From the NCBI GenBank assembly GCA_963847445.1, contig CAWJZV010000015.1, forward strand, positions 1-64,000: 64,000 nucleotides of DNA. The letters run 5' to 3'. Under the pieces are notes generated by a model. It was not told the DNA's origin. It did not search any database and saw only the letters and a list, made by a program, of their open reading frames with translations. Position 1 is the first letter of the stretch. Each line of letters opens with the position of its first letter. This document shows, in pieces, positions 20,388-30,244 of this stretch. The position numbers and the translations under genes are program-made. The stretch comes from an uncultured delta proteobacterium. Its GTDB lineage: Bacteria; Desulfobacterota; Binatia; UBA9968.

Positions 20388-20879
20388 CTACCCTTTCGTC
20401 CGAGCCAATGAAATTAAGGTTAGCAGCGAGAACAGTAGTCCCAGGCCGCCGGAAGCCTTCGGCGAAGTGAGGTCTTCGATGACCCACTCAAAGGCCTTTT
20501 CGCCGATACTCGCCTGCTTGATCTGTCTGACTTCTCCGCCGTTCCACCGCGCGCTTTTCATCTCGAAGACCTTTCCCGTTGGGTAAAGAAAAAAACAGAA
20601 CAGTGCGATGGCCGCAAAGCCGCGGGTCAATACGCTCGCCACCCGCTTGGTTTCGGCGACGAAAAGAACGGCCAAAACAGCCCAACAAACAAACCAGGGA
20701 ACAATTGACAGACGGCGCGGGAACAGCAATACGGTTTCGAAATATAGAACCGCGCCCGCGATCGCCGCGAGCATCAAGCCGAGAATCACTCTTCGGGACA
20801 AAGCAATCATTTTCCCAAGACTAAATTTCAGAATTTCCCCGCTTGTCTCCAGGTAACCATGCCCTTGTCGTTGGGACAC
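20388..20879 (-). CDS. Hypothetical membrane protein
   Basis: Four hydrophobic segments. Confidence 0.55.
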   Translation of the reverse strand: MSQRQGHGYLETSGEILKFSLGKMIALSRRVILGLMLAAIAGAVLYFETVLLFPRRLSIVPWFVCWAVLAVLFVAETKRVASVLTRGFAAIALFCFFLYPTGKVFEMKSARWNGGEVRQIKQASIGEKAFEWVIEDLTSPKASGGLGLLFSLLTLISLARTKG

Positions 20880-21141
20880 GAACCGACTCTCGCCTCTCTA
20901 ACTCGGAGGCTGAAAGGACGAGACCAGCGAGCGAAGCGAGCGAGTCCGAAGATCTGTGTCAAACCGCAGCTTGTGTGGTCCCTGTTGGGTGCGGGAAAAC
21001 TCTCCCGCTCCTTTGAAGTAGTTCTCATAGAACTTCAGGCCAAGATCTGCCCTCAATGGGCCCAAGTTCAAGTCATCAGCACTAAGCGCGGCGATAACGA
21101 ACCCGCTCTGGCCTATGTACGCGGCGGATTGAAAAAAAATC

Positions 21142-21744
21142 TCACCTGGTATGGGCAAGCATTTTTACAACCTCGTCAGAATTCATCACATAGCCCAGGA
21201 AATCGTCGATGTTGGCGAGGCTTGCCGCTTGCGCTTCGTCGGTTGCCGAATAGGTGCAGTCGCGCAGCGCGACCGTGACGAGATCGCGGGATTTCGCGTC
21301 TCGCGCCAGCCATTCCACGCCCCAATTCGTCGAGCCTCCGGCGACAATCAGAATCCACACGTCTTTTACGCGCAGAAGAGTTTCCAATTTGGTTTCGTGA
21401 AAGGCGCTCGATCTTACTTTGGTTACGACATAGTCGTCGCTAGCAGGCTTGAGCTCGTCAATCACATCCGCTCCGTCTGTGCCCTTGACGCAAATTGGCG
21501 GGCCCGACCGGCGCAGATAAGGCGCACGCTCAACTGGAAAGCCCAGGGCTGGATCGGTCTCCACCCTGGTGTAGATCACGGGAATCGGCAAGCTGTGCGC
21601 GAGATCAATGAGGGCTCTCGTCCGCTTCACGACGGCTTGCATTGCGGGTTTGGAGAGCGACGCTTTAATGAAATCATTTTGCATGTCGTGCAACACCAAG
21701 GCGGTGTTTGACCGACCGATCGGCGGCAACGGTGCACCTTTCAT
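21142..21744 (-). CDS. Isochorismatase / cysteine hydrolase family protein
   Basis: TALVLHDMQNDF, KVRSSAF; STNWGVE has Gly where the catalytic Cys usually lies. Confidence 0.85.
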   Translation of the reverse strand: MKGAPLPPIGRSNTALVLHDMQNDFIKASLSKPAMQAVVKRTRALIDLAHSLPIPVIYTRVETDPALGFPVERAPYLRRSGPPICVKGTDGADVIDELKPASDDYVVTKVRSSAFHETKLETLLRVKDVWILIVAGGSTNWGVEWLARDAKSRDLVTVALRDCTYSATDEAQAASLANIDDFLGYVMNSDEVVKMLAHTR

Positions 21745-21781
21745 TGTAGTTCCTTTCTTACAGCAAGTGGCCAGCGAGAAA

Positions 21782-21816
21782 AAATCCGAAATCCGAATTT
21801 CGAAATCCGAAACAAA
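21782..21816. repeat. Heptamer tandem repeat (AAATCCG)n
   Basis: aaatccg aaatccg aatttcg aaatccg aaacaaa. Confidence 0.7.
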
Positions 21817-21901
21817 CTAAGCTACTCAAAACGAAAGCCAAAAGGACGAAATCTAAAACGAGTTGGTTTGGAACTTTATGCTTTCTAATCCTTTATATTT
21901 G

Positions 21902-22471
21902 TCAGCTTGCCTTTGCTTTCGCCTGGGCCCATTGCGCCTGGACCCCGAGCTTCTCGGCCCAATGCTCGATGTAGGCTGTGTCGAGGTCGTGTCCCTGAGT
22001 TCGGACGATTCCGGCAGCATCCTCGATCTGACGTTCCGATCCGGCAAGTTTCGCCCACTCTAGCTTGGATATCAGAACATCTTCGGGCGAGGCGACGAAT
22101 ACGGTTGTTCCCAAAATGTTAGCCGGCGTGCGGCGATCGAATTCAAGCCGGCTAAAGTCGCGTGGTTTCCTCACGATGAAATCGATTTTCCACCCAGAGG
22201 CAAAGTCAATGACATTAAAAAGAGAAGATCGCCGGTAGGCGTCGAATGCTGCGTCGCGGCTAACATAATACTGATCTTCGGGAAAGTTTTTTAGAAGTGC
22301 TTCAAGACTCGTTGGATTTGGAGCGATTACCAAGTCGATATCTTGGGTCGCACGGGGCATGCCATGTAGCGAGCTGGCGAAAGAGCCCGTCAGCATGTAA
22401 GGGATGCTCGCCGCATCGAGGAAGCTAATAATCCGACGAATTACGTCATCAACCGTTTCGCCGGGCGCCAT
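21902..22471 (-). CDS. Nucleotidyltransferase (DUF6036/AbiEii-like)
   Basis: YMLTGSFA...G.PRATQDIDLV...SPEDVLISKL. Confidence 0.75.
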   Translation of the reverse strand: MAPGETVDDVIRRIISFLDAASIPYMLTGSFASSLHGMPRATQDIDLVIAPNPTSLEALLKNFPEDQYYVSRDAAFDAYRRSSLFNVIDFASGWKIDFIVRKPRDFSRLEFDRRTPANILGTTVFVASPEDVLISKLEWAKLAGSERQIEDAAGIVRTQGHDLDTAYIEHWAEKLGVQAQWAQAKAKAS

Positions 22472-22664
22472 ACAATTCCCAGGTAAGCCAGTCGCGAGTT
22501 GCCGACTCGTCGAACTCAGGATGCTTGGAACGAATACGAGCGCGGGCCAGGTCTCGAACGGTCTCGCTCATCTGACACGCGAGTTGCAGGCGGCGCGGTC
22601 CGCGGAGCGCGCGATGTATCTCGGTTTGAACGCGGGCGGCTTCGGCTGACGTGTCTAGCGGCAT
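22449..22664 (-). CDS. Small helical partner protein (possible antitoxin)
   Basis: DTSAEA...RLQLACQMS...IRSKHPE; overlaps the nucleotidyltransferase start. Confidence 0.65.
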   Translation of the reverse strand: MPLDTSAEAARVQTEIHRALRGPRRLQLACQMSETVRDLARARIRSKHPEFDESATRDWLTWELYGARRNG

Positions 22665-22711
22665 GATTTCGTCACGCTAGCATGCTGAGCACGCCAAGAC
22701 TAGGGAATCGG

Positions 22712-22872
22712 TTCTGGGGACATAATATTAATTTTCAGGAAGCCCCTTCCATCGAGGCTCCTCGCTTGCCTAAGCTGAGAGGACGTATCGCTGCTGAAGA
22801 TGGGAATTGAGCGTACGCCCCTCTGCGTTACATGATGTGGATAACCAGGCGCCACGATGTCCAGTCTCGCGA
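22712..22872 (-). mobile_element. Internally deleted REP-associated (Y1/RAYT) transposase remnant
   Basis: ARLDIVAPGYPHHVTQRGVRSIPIF is a RAYT N-terminus; ends at AATATTATGTCCCCAGAA. Confidence 0.7.
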
Positions 22873-23118
22873 ACAATACCAAGACGACGGTAATACCCTG
22901 CTTGCCCCGGCAATCGAGTCGCTGTGCCAAGCATTCGGCTTTGAGAAGCATCTCGTCTTACAGCAGGTCCCTACGACCACTCCGGGCATGCACCGAAGAA
23001 CCGTGGCAGGGTCACCGCCGTGGAGCGATCCGATCAGCGGGATGAGTAGTGAGCAGATGAAGCAATCTGCATCTGCTGAGCTGTGTCGCGAACGATTTTT
23101 GGATACTCGGAGGAAAAA

Positions 23119-23556
23119 ATGTCGCTGTTCATGACTAAACAAGAGCGCGAGGCGTTTCTGGCCGATGTTCACGTTGGCGTAATCAGCATTGCCGAGATAG
23201 GACGAGGACCGCTCACGGTGCCGATCTGGTATACCTATGAACCGGGAGGAGAGCTGCGAATCATGACCGGTAGGGAATCGCGAAAGGGAAGTCTGCTCGC
23301 ACGCGCCGGCAGATTCAGTCTATGTGCGCAGACCGAAAGTCCGCCGTACAAGTACGTCAGTGTAGAGGGTCCGATTGTTTCCACCGAGGCGGCGGATATC
23401 GAGCGCGATCTGCGCCCGCTCGCGCGCCGTTATCTCGGCAAAGAAGGGGGCGACCGCTATGTCGAGGAGACGCGAAACTTGCCGACGCATACCGACAACG
23501 TGCTTATCCGCATGAGACCCGAACGATGGCTAACCACCGACTACTCCAAGGAATAG
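23119..23556 (+). CDS. Pyridoxamine 5'-phosphate oxidase-like (PPOX class) protein
   Basis: MTKQEREAFLA.VHVGVISI...PLTVPIWY...YKYVSVEGP. Confidence 0.85.
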   Translation: MSLFMTKQEREAFLADVHVGVISIAEIGRGPLTVPIWYTYEPGGELRIMTGRESRKGSLLARAGRFSLCAQTESPPYKYVSVEGPIVSTEAADIERDLRPLARRYLGKEGGDRYVEETRNLPTHTDNVLIRMRPERWLTTDYSKE

Positions 23557-23670
23557 CGGTCATTGATGTAGCAAAGTCCTTTGACGAGCTTAACCGCCGC
23601 GCTTACTCCAAAAAATACGTTGACCAAGAGCAATCGGTATGCGCGCTCAAAATCACTGAAAGGACATCCC

Positions 23671-24579
23671 ATGCAAACAATCATTCCACATTTATGGTTC
23701 GATAAAGAGGCCAAAGAAGCGGCTGAGTTCTACACTGCTACCTTTCCGGAGTCAAAACTAACGAACATAACCACAATCCATGACACGCCATCCGGAGATT
23801 GCGATGTCGTCTCATTTGAGCTGTGGGGCTATTCCTTTATGGCAATAAGCGCGGGCCCCCTATTTACGTTCAATCCGTCAGTATCCTTCATGGTCAATTT
23901 CGATCCTTCGCGCGGCAAGGATGCCACAGCGCGGATCGACGAGGTGTGGGGCAAACTGTCGGCGGGCGGGAATATATTGATGCCGCTCGATAAATATCCA
24001 TTCAGCGAGCGCTACGGCTGGGTACAGGATAAATATGGCCTGTCCTGGCAGCTCATCCTGACAAGTCCCGAAGGCGAGGAGCGACCAATCATTATTCCGT
24101 TTCTTCTGTTCGTCGGAGATGTTTACGCCAAAGCAGAAGAAGCTTCTGACTTCTATCTCTCGATATTCACGCACTCAAAACGCGGCGCTATTGTCCGCTA
24201 CGGCGCTGGACAGGCGCCCGACAAAGAAGGGGCCGTCATGTTCACTGATTTCATGCTTGAAGGTCAGTGGTTCGCGGCGATGGACAGCGCGCACGAACAC
24301 AATTTCAAATTCAACGAGGCTGTCTCATTAATGGTGAATTGTGACACCCAGAAAGACATTGATTATTACTGGAAGAAGTTATCGGCCGTTCCTGAAGCCG
24401 AGCAGTGCGGCTGGCTCAAAGACAAATTTGGCCTCTCATGGCAGATTGTTCCGACCGAATTGGATGCAATGATGCGCAATGGCACGTCCGAGCAAATCGC
24501 GCGTGTAACGCAGGCGTTCCTCAAAATGAAAAAGTTCGATCTCGCTGAGTTGCGCAGAGCGTACGAAGGTGATCGATGA
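23671..24579 (+). CDS. VOC family (PhnB / 3-demethylubiquinone-9 3-methyltransferase-like) protein
   Basis: [16 protein letters not shown]; duplicated GW.xDKxG.SWQ. Confidence 0.9.
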   Translation: MQTIIPHLWFDKEAKEAAEFYTATFPESKLTNITTIHDTPSGDCDVVSFELWGYSFMAISAGPLFTFNPSVSFMVNFDPSRGKDATARIDEVWGKLSAGGNILMPLDKYPFSERYGWVQDKYGLSWQLILTSPEGEERPIIIPFLLFVGDVYAKAEEASDFYLSIFTHSKRGAIVRYGAGQAPDKEGAVMFTDFMLEGQWFAAMDSAHEHNFKFNEAVSLMVNCDTQKDIDYYWKKLSAVPEAEQCGWLKDKFGLSWQIVPTELDAMMRNGTSEQIARVTQAFLKMKKFDLAELRRAYEGDR

Positions 24580-24733
24580 GGCCGAAAAGTCTATGGAGAA
24601 AAAAACTTTCTTTCTGGTTATGGGGTCAGAGAAGTATTTTGCTAGATTGACGAAAGCAAGTTTAAACGCATATCGGCCTAGTGGCTCGATGACTGTTCGA
24701 TCGGGAATCAACGTTCTGTATAAAAAAAGAGGA

Positions 24734-25234
24734 ATGGAGCATTTAATGAAAAGACAAACAGTAACGGCTCTTTTAAATTTTTATGGACTTCTATGCCTAT
24801 TTGTTTCCCCGGCCTTTTCTGCCGACGCTACACAGTCGAAGGAGGCCAAGGGGATTGTCGCTCTGGTCGACAAGGCGGCAGCCTTAACCGAGAGCAAAGG
24901 AAAAGCCGCATTCGCGGAATTCAAGAAGAAAGGCAGCGAGTGGCTCAAGGGGGAAAATTACGTCTTCATTGCCGATATGAACGGCGTCATCCTAATGCAT
25001 CCCGCCAACCCGGAACTTGAGACAAAAAGTATTCTTGACTTGAAGGATGCCAATGGCAAGGCTTTCATGCGGGAGTTCGTAGAGACAGCCAAGACCAAAG
25101 GCTCGGGATGGGTGGAGTATATGTGGCCTAAACCGGGTGAAAAAACTCCTTCCAAGAAGCTGAGCTATATCAAGAGGGCGAAATTGCCGACAGGAGAAAC
25201 TGTGCTCGTAGGGGCTGGAATTTATTTTAAGTAA
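24734..25234 (+). CDS. Secreted single Cache-domain protein
   Basis: Signal peptide; YVFIAD.NG...HP...DLKDANGK...GSGWVEY.WPKPG. Confidence 0.85.
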   Translation: MEHLMKRQTVTALLNFYGLLCLFVSPAFSADATQSKEAKGIVALVDKAAALTESKGKAAFAEFKKKGSEWLKGENYVFIADMNGVILMHPANPELETKSILDLKDANGKAFMREFVETAKTKGSGWVEYMWPKPGEKTPSKKLSYIKRAKLPTGETVLVGAGIYFK

Positions 25235-25356
25235 AAAGATCAGCTGCTGTGAAAGGCCAGTGTCGATTAATTTAACCGTCGGTGAATTCCGGGCTAACTT
25301 TAGTCAATTTTATTGTCTATGCTTCTAAACAGCACAAATTAATAAAGGAGATCGCC

Positions 25357-25755
25357 ATGGGATTCTTCAGCGATATACTCGAGAAACTGGGCATCGGCAG
25401 CAAGGACGCCACCTCTGCTACTCCTCCTCCTCCGGTTCCGGCGGCAAGCCCGGCTGCGGTTCCAACCGCACCGCCGCCGACCAAGCCGGTCGCGGTCGTC
25501 GATGTCGTCGCGCAACTGGAGCAGCGCTCGGCAGCTAACCCGCAGAAGCTGAACTGGCGCACTTCCATCGTCGATCTGCTAAAGCTGCTCGAGATCGATA
25601 GCAGCTTTGCGGCGCGCAAGGAGCTGGCTACGGAGCTGGGCTGCCCGGCGGATCTGATGGGGGACTCGGCGAAGATGAATATTTGGCTGCACAAGACCGT
25701 GCTCGCGCAAATCGCCGCCAACGGCGGCAATGTGCCTAAGGATCTGCTCGACTGA
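25357..25755 (+). CDS. DUF3597-family protein
   Basis: LNWRTSIVDLLKLL.IDSS..ARKELA.EL...N.WLHK.VL...AANGG. Confidence 0.85.
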   Translation: MGFFSDILEKLGIGSKDATSATPPPPVPAASPAAVPTAPPPTKPVAVVDVVAQLEQRSAANPQKLNWRTSIVDLLKLLEIDSSFAARKELATELGCPADLMGDSAKMNIWLHKTVLAQIAANGGNVPKDLLD

Positions 25756-26159
25756 GCAGGCAATGAAATCCTCGCTCACATGGGCGGCATTCAATCGATG
25801 GCACAGGAGCTGGGCCCAGCGAGACCCAAGCGGCGAATAGCGCGAAGCGCTTATTCCCGCGATCCTCGGCGGATTCACTGGTATGAATTTAATGGCTCAG
25901 CGCGATGGATCTGGGTCAGAACTTTTATTTCCAGGCTTCTTCTTTAATCCTCATTGAACGACGGACGGCTCAAAGGATACTTAGGCCCCGCAGGTGCACT
26001 CGCGAGTATCCTGCTCGGTGACAAGTTGTTGCTCGCGAGGCTGTTCGGAGCGCGTGGCCGATGTGGGCCGGTAGTCTCGAAAAGTCGACTAATAAGTTTA
26101 ACCGCGACTTGACGGCATTATCCTATTTGCTATCGAGGTGAACGGAGGAGGGCTGATCG

Positions 26160-27014
26160 ATGCCGTTGAACATTCAAGCTTTATCGAACAAGTTCGGTGT
26201 CGCGATTACGGGCGTCGACTTGTCAAAAGAGCTGGACGAGAAGCTCTTCAATGAGATTGTCGATATCTTCGTGAAGAAGCAGGTCGTGGTTTTCCGCGAT
26301 CAACATATCGAGCCGCAACATCAAGTGGCCTTCAGCCGAAGGTTTGGCCCTTTCGAAATGTTGTTTGACGAGGATCAGCGGGTGCCGGGCTTTCCGGAAG
26401 TTGCCATTCTCTCCAATGAGAAGGTCGACGGTAAATTTATCGGCGTCGTCGCGGCTGGCGATTTCTGGCATTCGGACCAGTCCTACAGACGGGAGACCTC
26501 GCTCGCGACTCTGCTCTACGCCCATAAACTGCCCAAGCAGGGCGGTGATACTGAATTCGCCGACATGCATGGCGCCTACGAAAGTCTGCCCGACGATATC
26601 AAAAAGCGCATCGAGGGGCGCATGGGTATCCACCAGCGCAGCAAGTTGGGCAATCCGCGTGTCGCGGTGACCCGGGAGGGTGGCGAGGAATATTACAGGA
26701 GGCAGGCCACTAAGAATCAGCTCCATCCGATCGTCCGCACCCATCCGGTATCGGGTCGCAAGGGTCTTTATGTCTCGCCGCGTTTTACCGTCGGCATACA
26801 GGACATGGACGACGCCGAGGCGCAGCCGCTGCTCGACACGTTATTCGCTTATCAGACGGCGCCGGGGAACGTGTATCGTCATAAATGGACCCTGGGCGAT
26901 TTCGTGATGTGGGATAATCGTAGCGTCAATCACCAGGCCTGCGGCGGTTATGCGATGGACGACATCCGCTTGCTTCATCGCACATCGGTAAAAGGGGACC
27001 AGCCGTTCGCCTGA
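26160..27014 (+). CDS. TauD/TfdA Fe(II)/2-oxoglutarate dioxygenase
   Basis: WHSD, GGDTEFAD, HPIVRTHP, WDNR...H. Confidence 0.93.
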   Translation: MPLNIQALSNKFGVAITGVDLSKELDEKLFNEIVDIFVKKQVVVFRDQHIEPQHQVAFSRRFGPFEMLFDEDQRVPGFPEVAILSNEKVDGKFIGVVAAGDFWHSDQSYRRETSLATLLYAHKLPKQGGDTEFADMHGAYESLPDDIKKRIEGRMGIHQRSKLGNPRVAVTREGGEEYYRRQATKNQLHPIVRTHPVSGRKGLYVSPRFTVGIQDMDDAEAQPLLDTLFAYQTAPGNVYRHKWTLGDFVMWDNRSVNHQACGGYAMDDIRLLHRTSVKGDQPFA

Positions 27015-27112
27015 CCAGGTAACCGCTAGGGAGTAATCGTGCGTGAAAGCAAATTTGTGCTCGACCTAATTAAATCTCCAGACTATCCCGTCGATACCCC
27101 GTAAGCGTCGCC

Positions 27113-27394
27113 ATGAAATACGGCCGAATCAAGCGCAAACACGGCCGCGTTGGCGGACTGGATCAAGTGCTCAGCCGCATCGTTCGTGACTGCTCGTATG
27201 TCGCACGGATTGTGCCCGGTCGAATCTCCCGTCGAAGCGGCAGAACCGCGCCGAGTTTCAAAGTACAATATGCCACCGGGGCCGGCGTAAAGTGCATTTA
27301 CGTTGGCCCCAACACTGTGCAGGAAGTCTTCCTTATCTGTTCCGACGCAGAAAAAACCATCGAATGGGTGAATGAACAATTCACCTCTCCCTAG
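27113..27394 (+). CDS. DUF2103-like small protein
   Basis: K.KH..VGGL...IVPGRI...G.K......TVQEVF. Confidence 0.6.
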   Translation: MKYGRIKRKHGRVGGLDQVLSRIVRDCSYVARIVPGRISRRSGRTAPSFKVQYATGAGVKCIYVGPNTVQEVFLICSDAEKTIEWVNEQFTSP

Positions 27395-27496
27395 AACTCA
27401 ACCGGCATATGTTCGCTCGACGAGAGCCGGAAGGGTCGCCAGCTTGCGTTCCCGATGGGCGGCGAACGCCAGCCGCGCACGAATGAGCGGGGCGCC

Positions 27497-27770
27497 GGGG
27501 TCAGCCATTTCAATCTGTACAATGCCGAAACTAACGAAGGCCCAAAGCGTCTGGAGAATCATGACCCTGTCCTTCCGCGTTCCCGGAGGCAAGCGTTAGG
27601 CACGCCCACAAGTCTCAAGGTTCGGTACATGGTGAGGAGCCCGCCTCGTTTTCTATCCGTGATGGAATACGGCTTCCACGATCCGCCCATCGCGCTTCGC
27701 CTTCCCGTCGCTCTCTTCCTCGCCCGCAGACCGCGCGATCAAACAAACCAGCTCACGATAGGAAAGGCCC
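27497..27770 (-). mobile_element. Possible RAYT C-terminal remnant ending at a CTGACCCC motif
   Basis: Minus-strand KRDGRIVEAVFHHG resembles a RAYT C-terminal HTH; GGGGTCAG at 27497. Confidence 0.4.
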
Positions 27771-27814
27771 GGGAGATGGCCTCACCTCGGCAGTGTCACC
27801 AAGAATTACCGGGA

Positions 27815-28864
27815 CTATTTGTTGCCGATCTGCTTCAGCAGCTTCTCCCAGTGCTCGACGTCCTTTTCGTACTTCTCGGTGGCGACCCCGTGCTCCGGCC
27901 GCCAGCGTTTAAACGGCTGCTCTTTCGTTGCGCTGCCATAGTGAAACTTTTCCAGGACCTTTTGGCCGTCCGGACTTAGGAGAAAATCAGCCATGAGAAC
28001 TGCACCATGGGGATTGGGGGGCCTGAGCGCGATGGCCGCGCTGCCGACGTTGTTGGGGACAAAATCCATTGGCAGCCATTCGACCGGCGCACCTTTTGTC
28101 GCCGCGAGCCATGTATGGCTCTGAAAAATCGCCGGCGAGGCAACGACTTCGCCCGAGGCAATCACGTTGACTAGCGCCGGCGCATCGAAATTGTAAAGCT
28201 TGATCTGCTGCTCCTTCAGTTTCCTGACGAACTCTTCCCCTTTGGCCTTGATCATCGCGCCGATGGCCTTGTTGCCTGACGTTCCTCCCAACGGCATCCC
28301 CATCTTTCCTTTGAGATCCGGGTGGAGAAGACCATCGAAATTCTTGGGCACGGCTGCGGTCGGCAGGAGATTTTTGTTGTAAGTAAAGCCGATGTACGAC
28401 TCACGGGCGAGGGCCCAATAGTAGAGCCCTTTTCCCGCCGCCTCCTTGGCGTCGTCGGGATAAGCTTTGAGCATCGGCGAATTGTAGGGCTGGAGCAGCC
28501 GAGAGTCGCGCATGAACATGAGATTGCCCTCGGTGGTTTCGATCGTGTCCACAAGATTTCGCCCGGCTTTGTACTCTTCGGTTATCCGGACGTACAAGTC
28601 GGCGCCGCCGGCGCGGTAGACATCGACTCTGACCCCGGGGTATTTCGCCTCGAAGGCTGCGATGAGCGCTTTGTAAGAGCCGCCCGCCAGTGAGGTGTAC
28701 CACATCATCTTTCCTTCGGCCTTGGCGCCGGCGTAAAGTATCTGTTCGCGGTCCGCGCCCATATAGCTCACCAGCTCGTTCAGGCTTGCCGGCTTGCGCG
28801 TCTGCACCCAGGCCAGAGACGGGGAAACGAACAGGGCGAAAAGGATCAGTGCGACAACTCTCAT
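27815..28864 (-). CDS. ABC transporter extracellular solute-binding protein (iron/thiamine-like class)
   Basis: Signal peptide, AKAEGK..WYTS, FE.KYP, PNP..A.L..DF.LS.DGQ. Confidence 0.88.
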   Translation of the reverse strand: MRVVALILFALFVSPSLAWVQTRKPASLNELVSYMGADREQILYAGAKAEGKMMWYTSLAGGSYKALIAAFEAKYPGVRVDVYRAGGADLYVRITEEYKAGRNLVDTIETTEGNLMFMRDSRLLQPYNSPMLKAYPDDAKEAAGKGLYYWALARESYIGFTYNKNLLPTAAVPKNFDGLLHPDLKGKMGMPLGGTSGNKAIGAMIKAKGEEFVRKLKEQQIKLYNFDAPALVNVIASGEVVASPAIFQSHTWLAATKGAPVEWLPMDFVPNNVGSAAIALRPPNPHGAVLMADFLLSPDGQKVLEKFHYGSATKEQPFKRWRPEHGVATEKYEKDVEHWEKLLKQIGNK

Positions 28865-29626
28865 TTCAAAGCCCTCCCGGATTTGTGTGTTTTTCGCGGT
28901 GGTTGCCCCTATATCGCCCTCAAAGGTTTCAGTCAATGCGGTCCCGCGAATTTCCAGGTCGACTCTGTGTAGGGGCGAACCTGGAGCAAGAAGCCGAGAG
29001 AAGCCGAGGGTCAGGTCTATTTTCAAAGTACAAGGAGGAATCGGGGTTTCGTTTCTCAACAATTTCGTAGGGCGTTCGCTCCTCTTGGACTTTTTTGTTT
29101 TCGTTCGTTCATCCCGCACAGGCAGCTTTGAATTCCTCCATAACTTCTTGCTCGCGAGCACCGCGCCCTAAGTCGATTCAAAAGCAAAATTAAAGATGTG
29201 ATGGAGCCCGGATTTGACGGACACCATACAAGGGCTTAAAAGTTCGGGAGAGGTGTTCGATAGGAAAGCGGAAGCAAATTAGCGCTGAGTCTAAACACTA
29301 AGCCGTGCGGCAAAATTGAAAATTTATCGGTTGGGTCGAAATCGGAGGGGCGAAAATGGAAGAAGGTGTGACAATTGCGAAGGTGCCGGATTGGATGGAG
29401 CTCAAGCCCGAGATGATGGGGCATCTGATCAGGGAGCACGAGAAACTTGGGCGCACCCTGACCGAACAAGAGACGGTCACGTTGCTACGCAGCTTGGGAT
29501 TCGAAATCAGTGAAGGGAAGTGATGCGGTCGTTTCCGTTGAAAGGCGCTGCTGCTGCACTAGAACTAGAACGCAAACCCCGGGGGGTTGCCCCGGCGCTT
29601 TCAATTGCGCGTAACCGATTTGAAGG

Positions 29627-30178
29627 TTAGGCGGCACCGCGAAAGTTGGGGCGTTTCTCTATCACCATGGTACCGGCCTCGCTGTTGTAGCGGCCGCGCG
29701 CGATGTTCTCTAGATTTGTCCCAGTGACGCGGATGAAACGCCCGCCGGCGGGGTAGGCGATGGAGTGGATGGCGCGGTTCTGGAAGATACCGGCCTGGCC
29801 GCGCTCCATGCGATAGGTCTTCGCCTTTTCTATTGTCGCTTTGCCGGGAACGGAGCCGTCATCCGTACGCTTCCACTCGGTCATTTCGGTATGTTTGACC
29901 GCCTGGCCATAAATTGCCCAGGAATCACCATGATCGTGGGGTCCCCCGGCATAGTCCCGGTCCATGATATGCGCCAGGATCTGGAAGCCTAACTCCGGGT
30001 CCTCATATAGTAGATTGGTGCCGACGCTGGCGCTCGGCCCGCAATTGGCGGCGACGAAATCCTCGTTCATGAGCAAGTCCTGCAATCTTGTTCGCACCGT
30101 TTCGCGCCCCGCCGGACCCGGGTCGGCCTTGAGGATGCGACCGCAGTCGGTGGCGAACTCATCGAGCGTGTAAGCCAT
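29627..30178 (-). CDS. Cupin-fold (cysteine dioxygenase-like) protein
   Basis: PHDHGDSWAIYGQA...IHSI. Confidence 0.75.
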   Translation of the reverse strand: MAYTLDEFATDCGRILKADPGPAGRETVRTRLQDLLMNEDFVAANCGPSASVGTNLLYEDPELGFQILAHIMDRDYAGGPHDHGDSWAIYGQAVKHTEMTEWKRTDDGSVPGKATIEKAKTYRMERGQAGIFQNRAIHSIAYPAGGRFIRVTGTNLENIARGRYNSEAGTMVIEKRPNFRGAA

Positions 30179-30244
30179 GTTATTTCTCCTGACCTATCGG
30201 AAATTCAATCAATTTTTTTCTGACACGAGCTTTTAGTGATTTAC

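Noticed and set aside
20894-20990. Integron attC site before the membrane gene
   Set aside because: ACCCAAC and GTTAGAG boxes and a GCTCGCTTCGCTCGC core are present on the minus strand, but the arms are not complementary and there is no intI or array. At most a half-site.
28865-29161. N-terminal extension of the SBP ORF
   Set aside because: The signal peptide starts at 28864; the upstream part runs through a repeat motif (29008) and looks non-coding.
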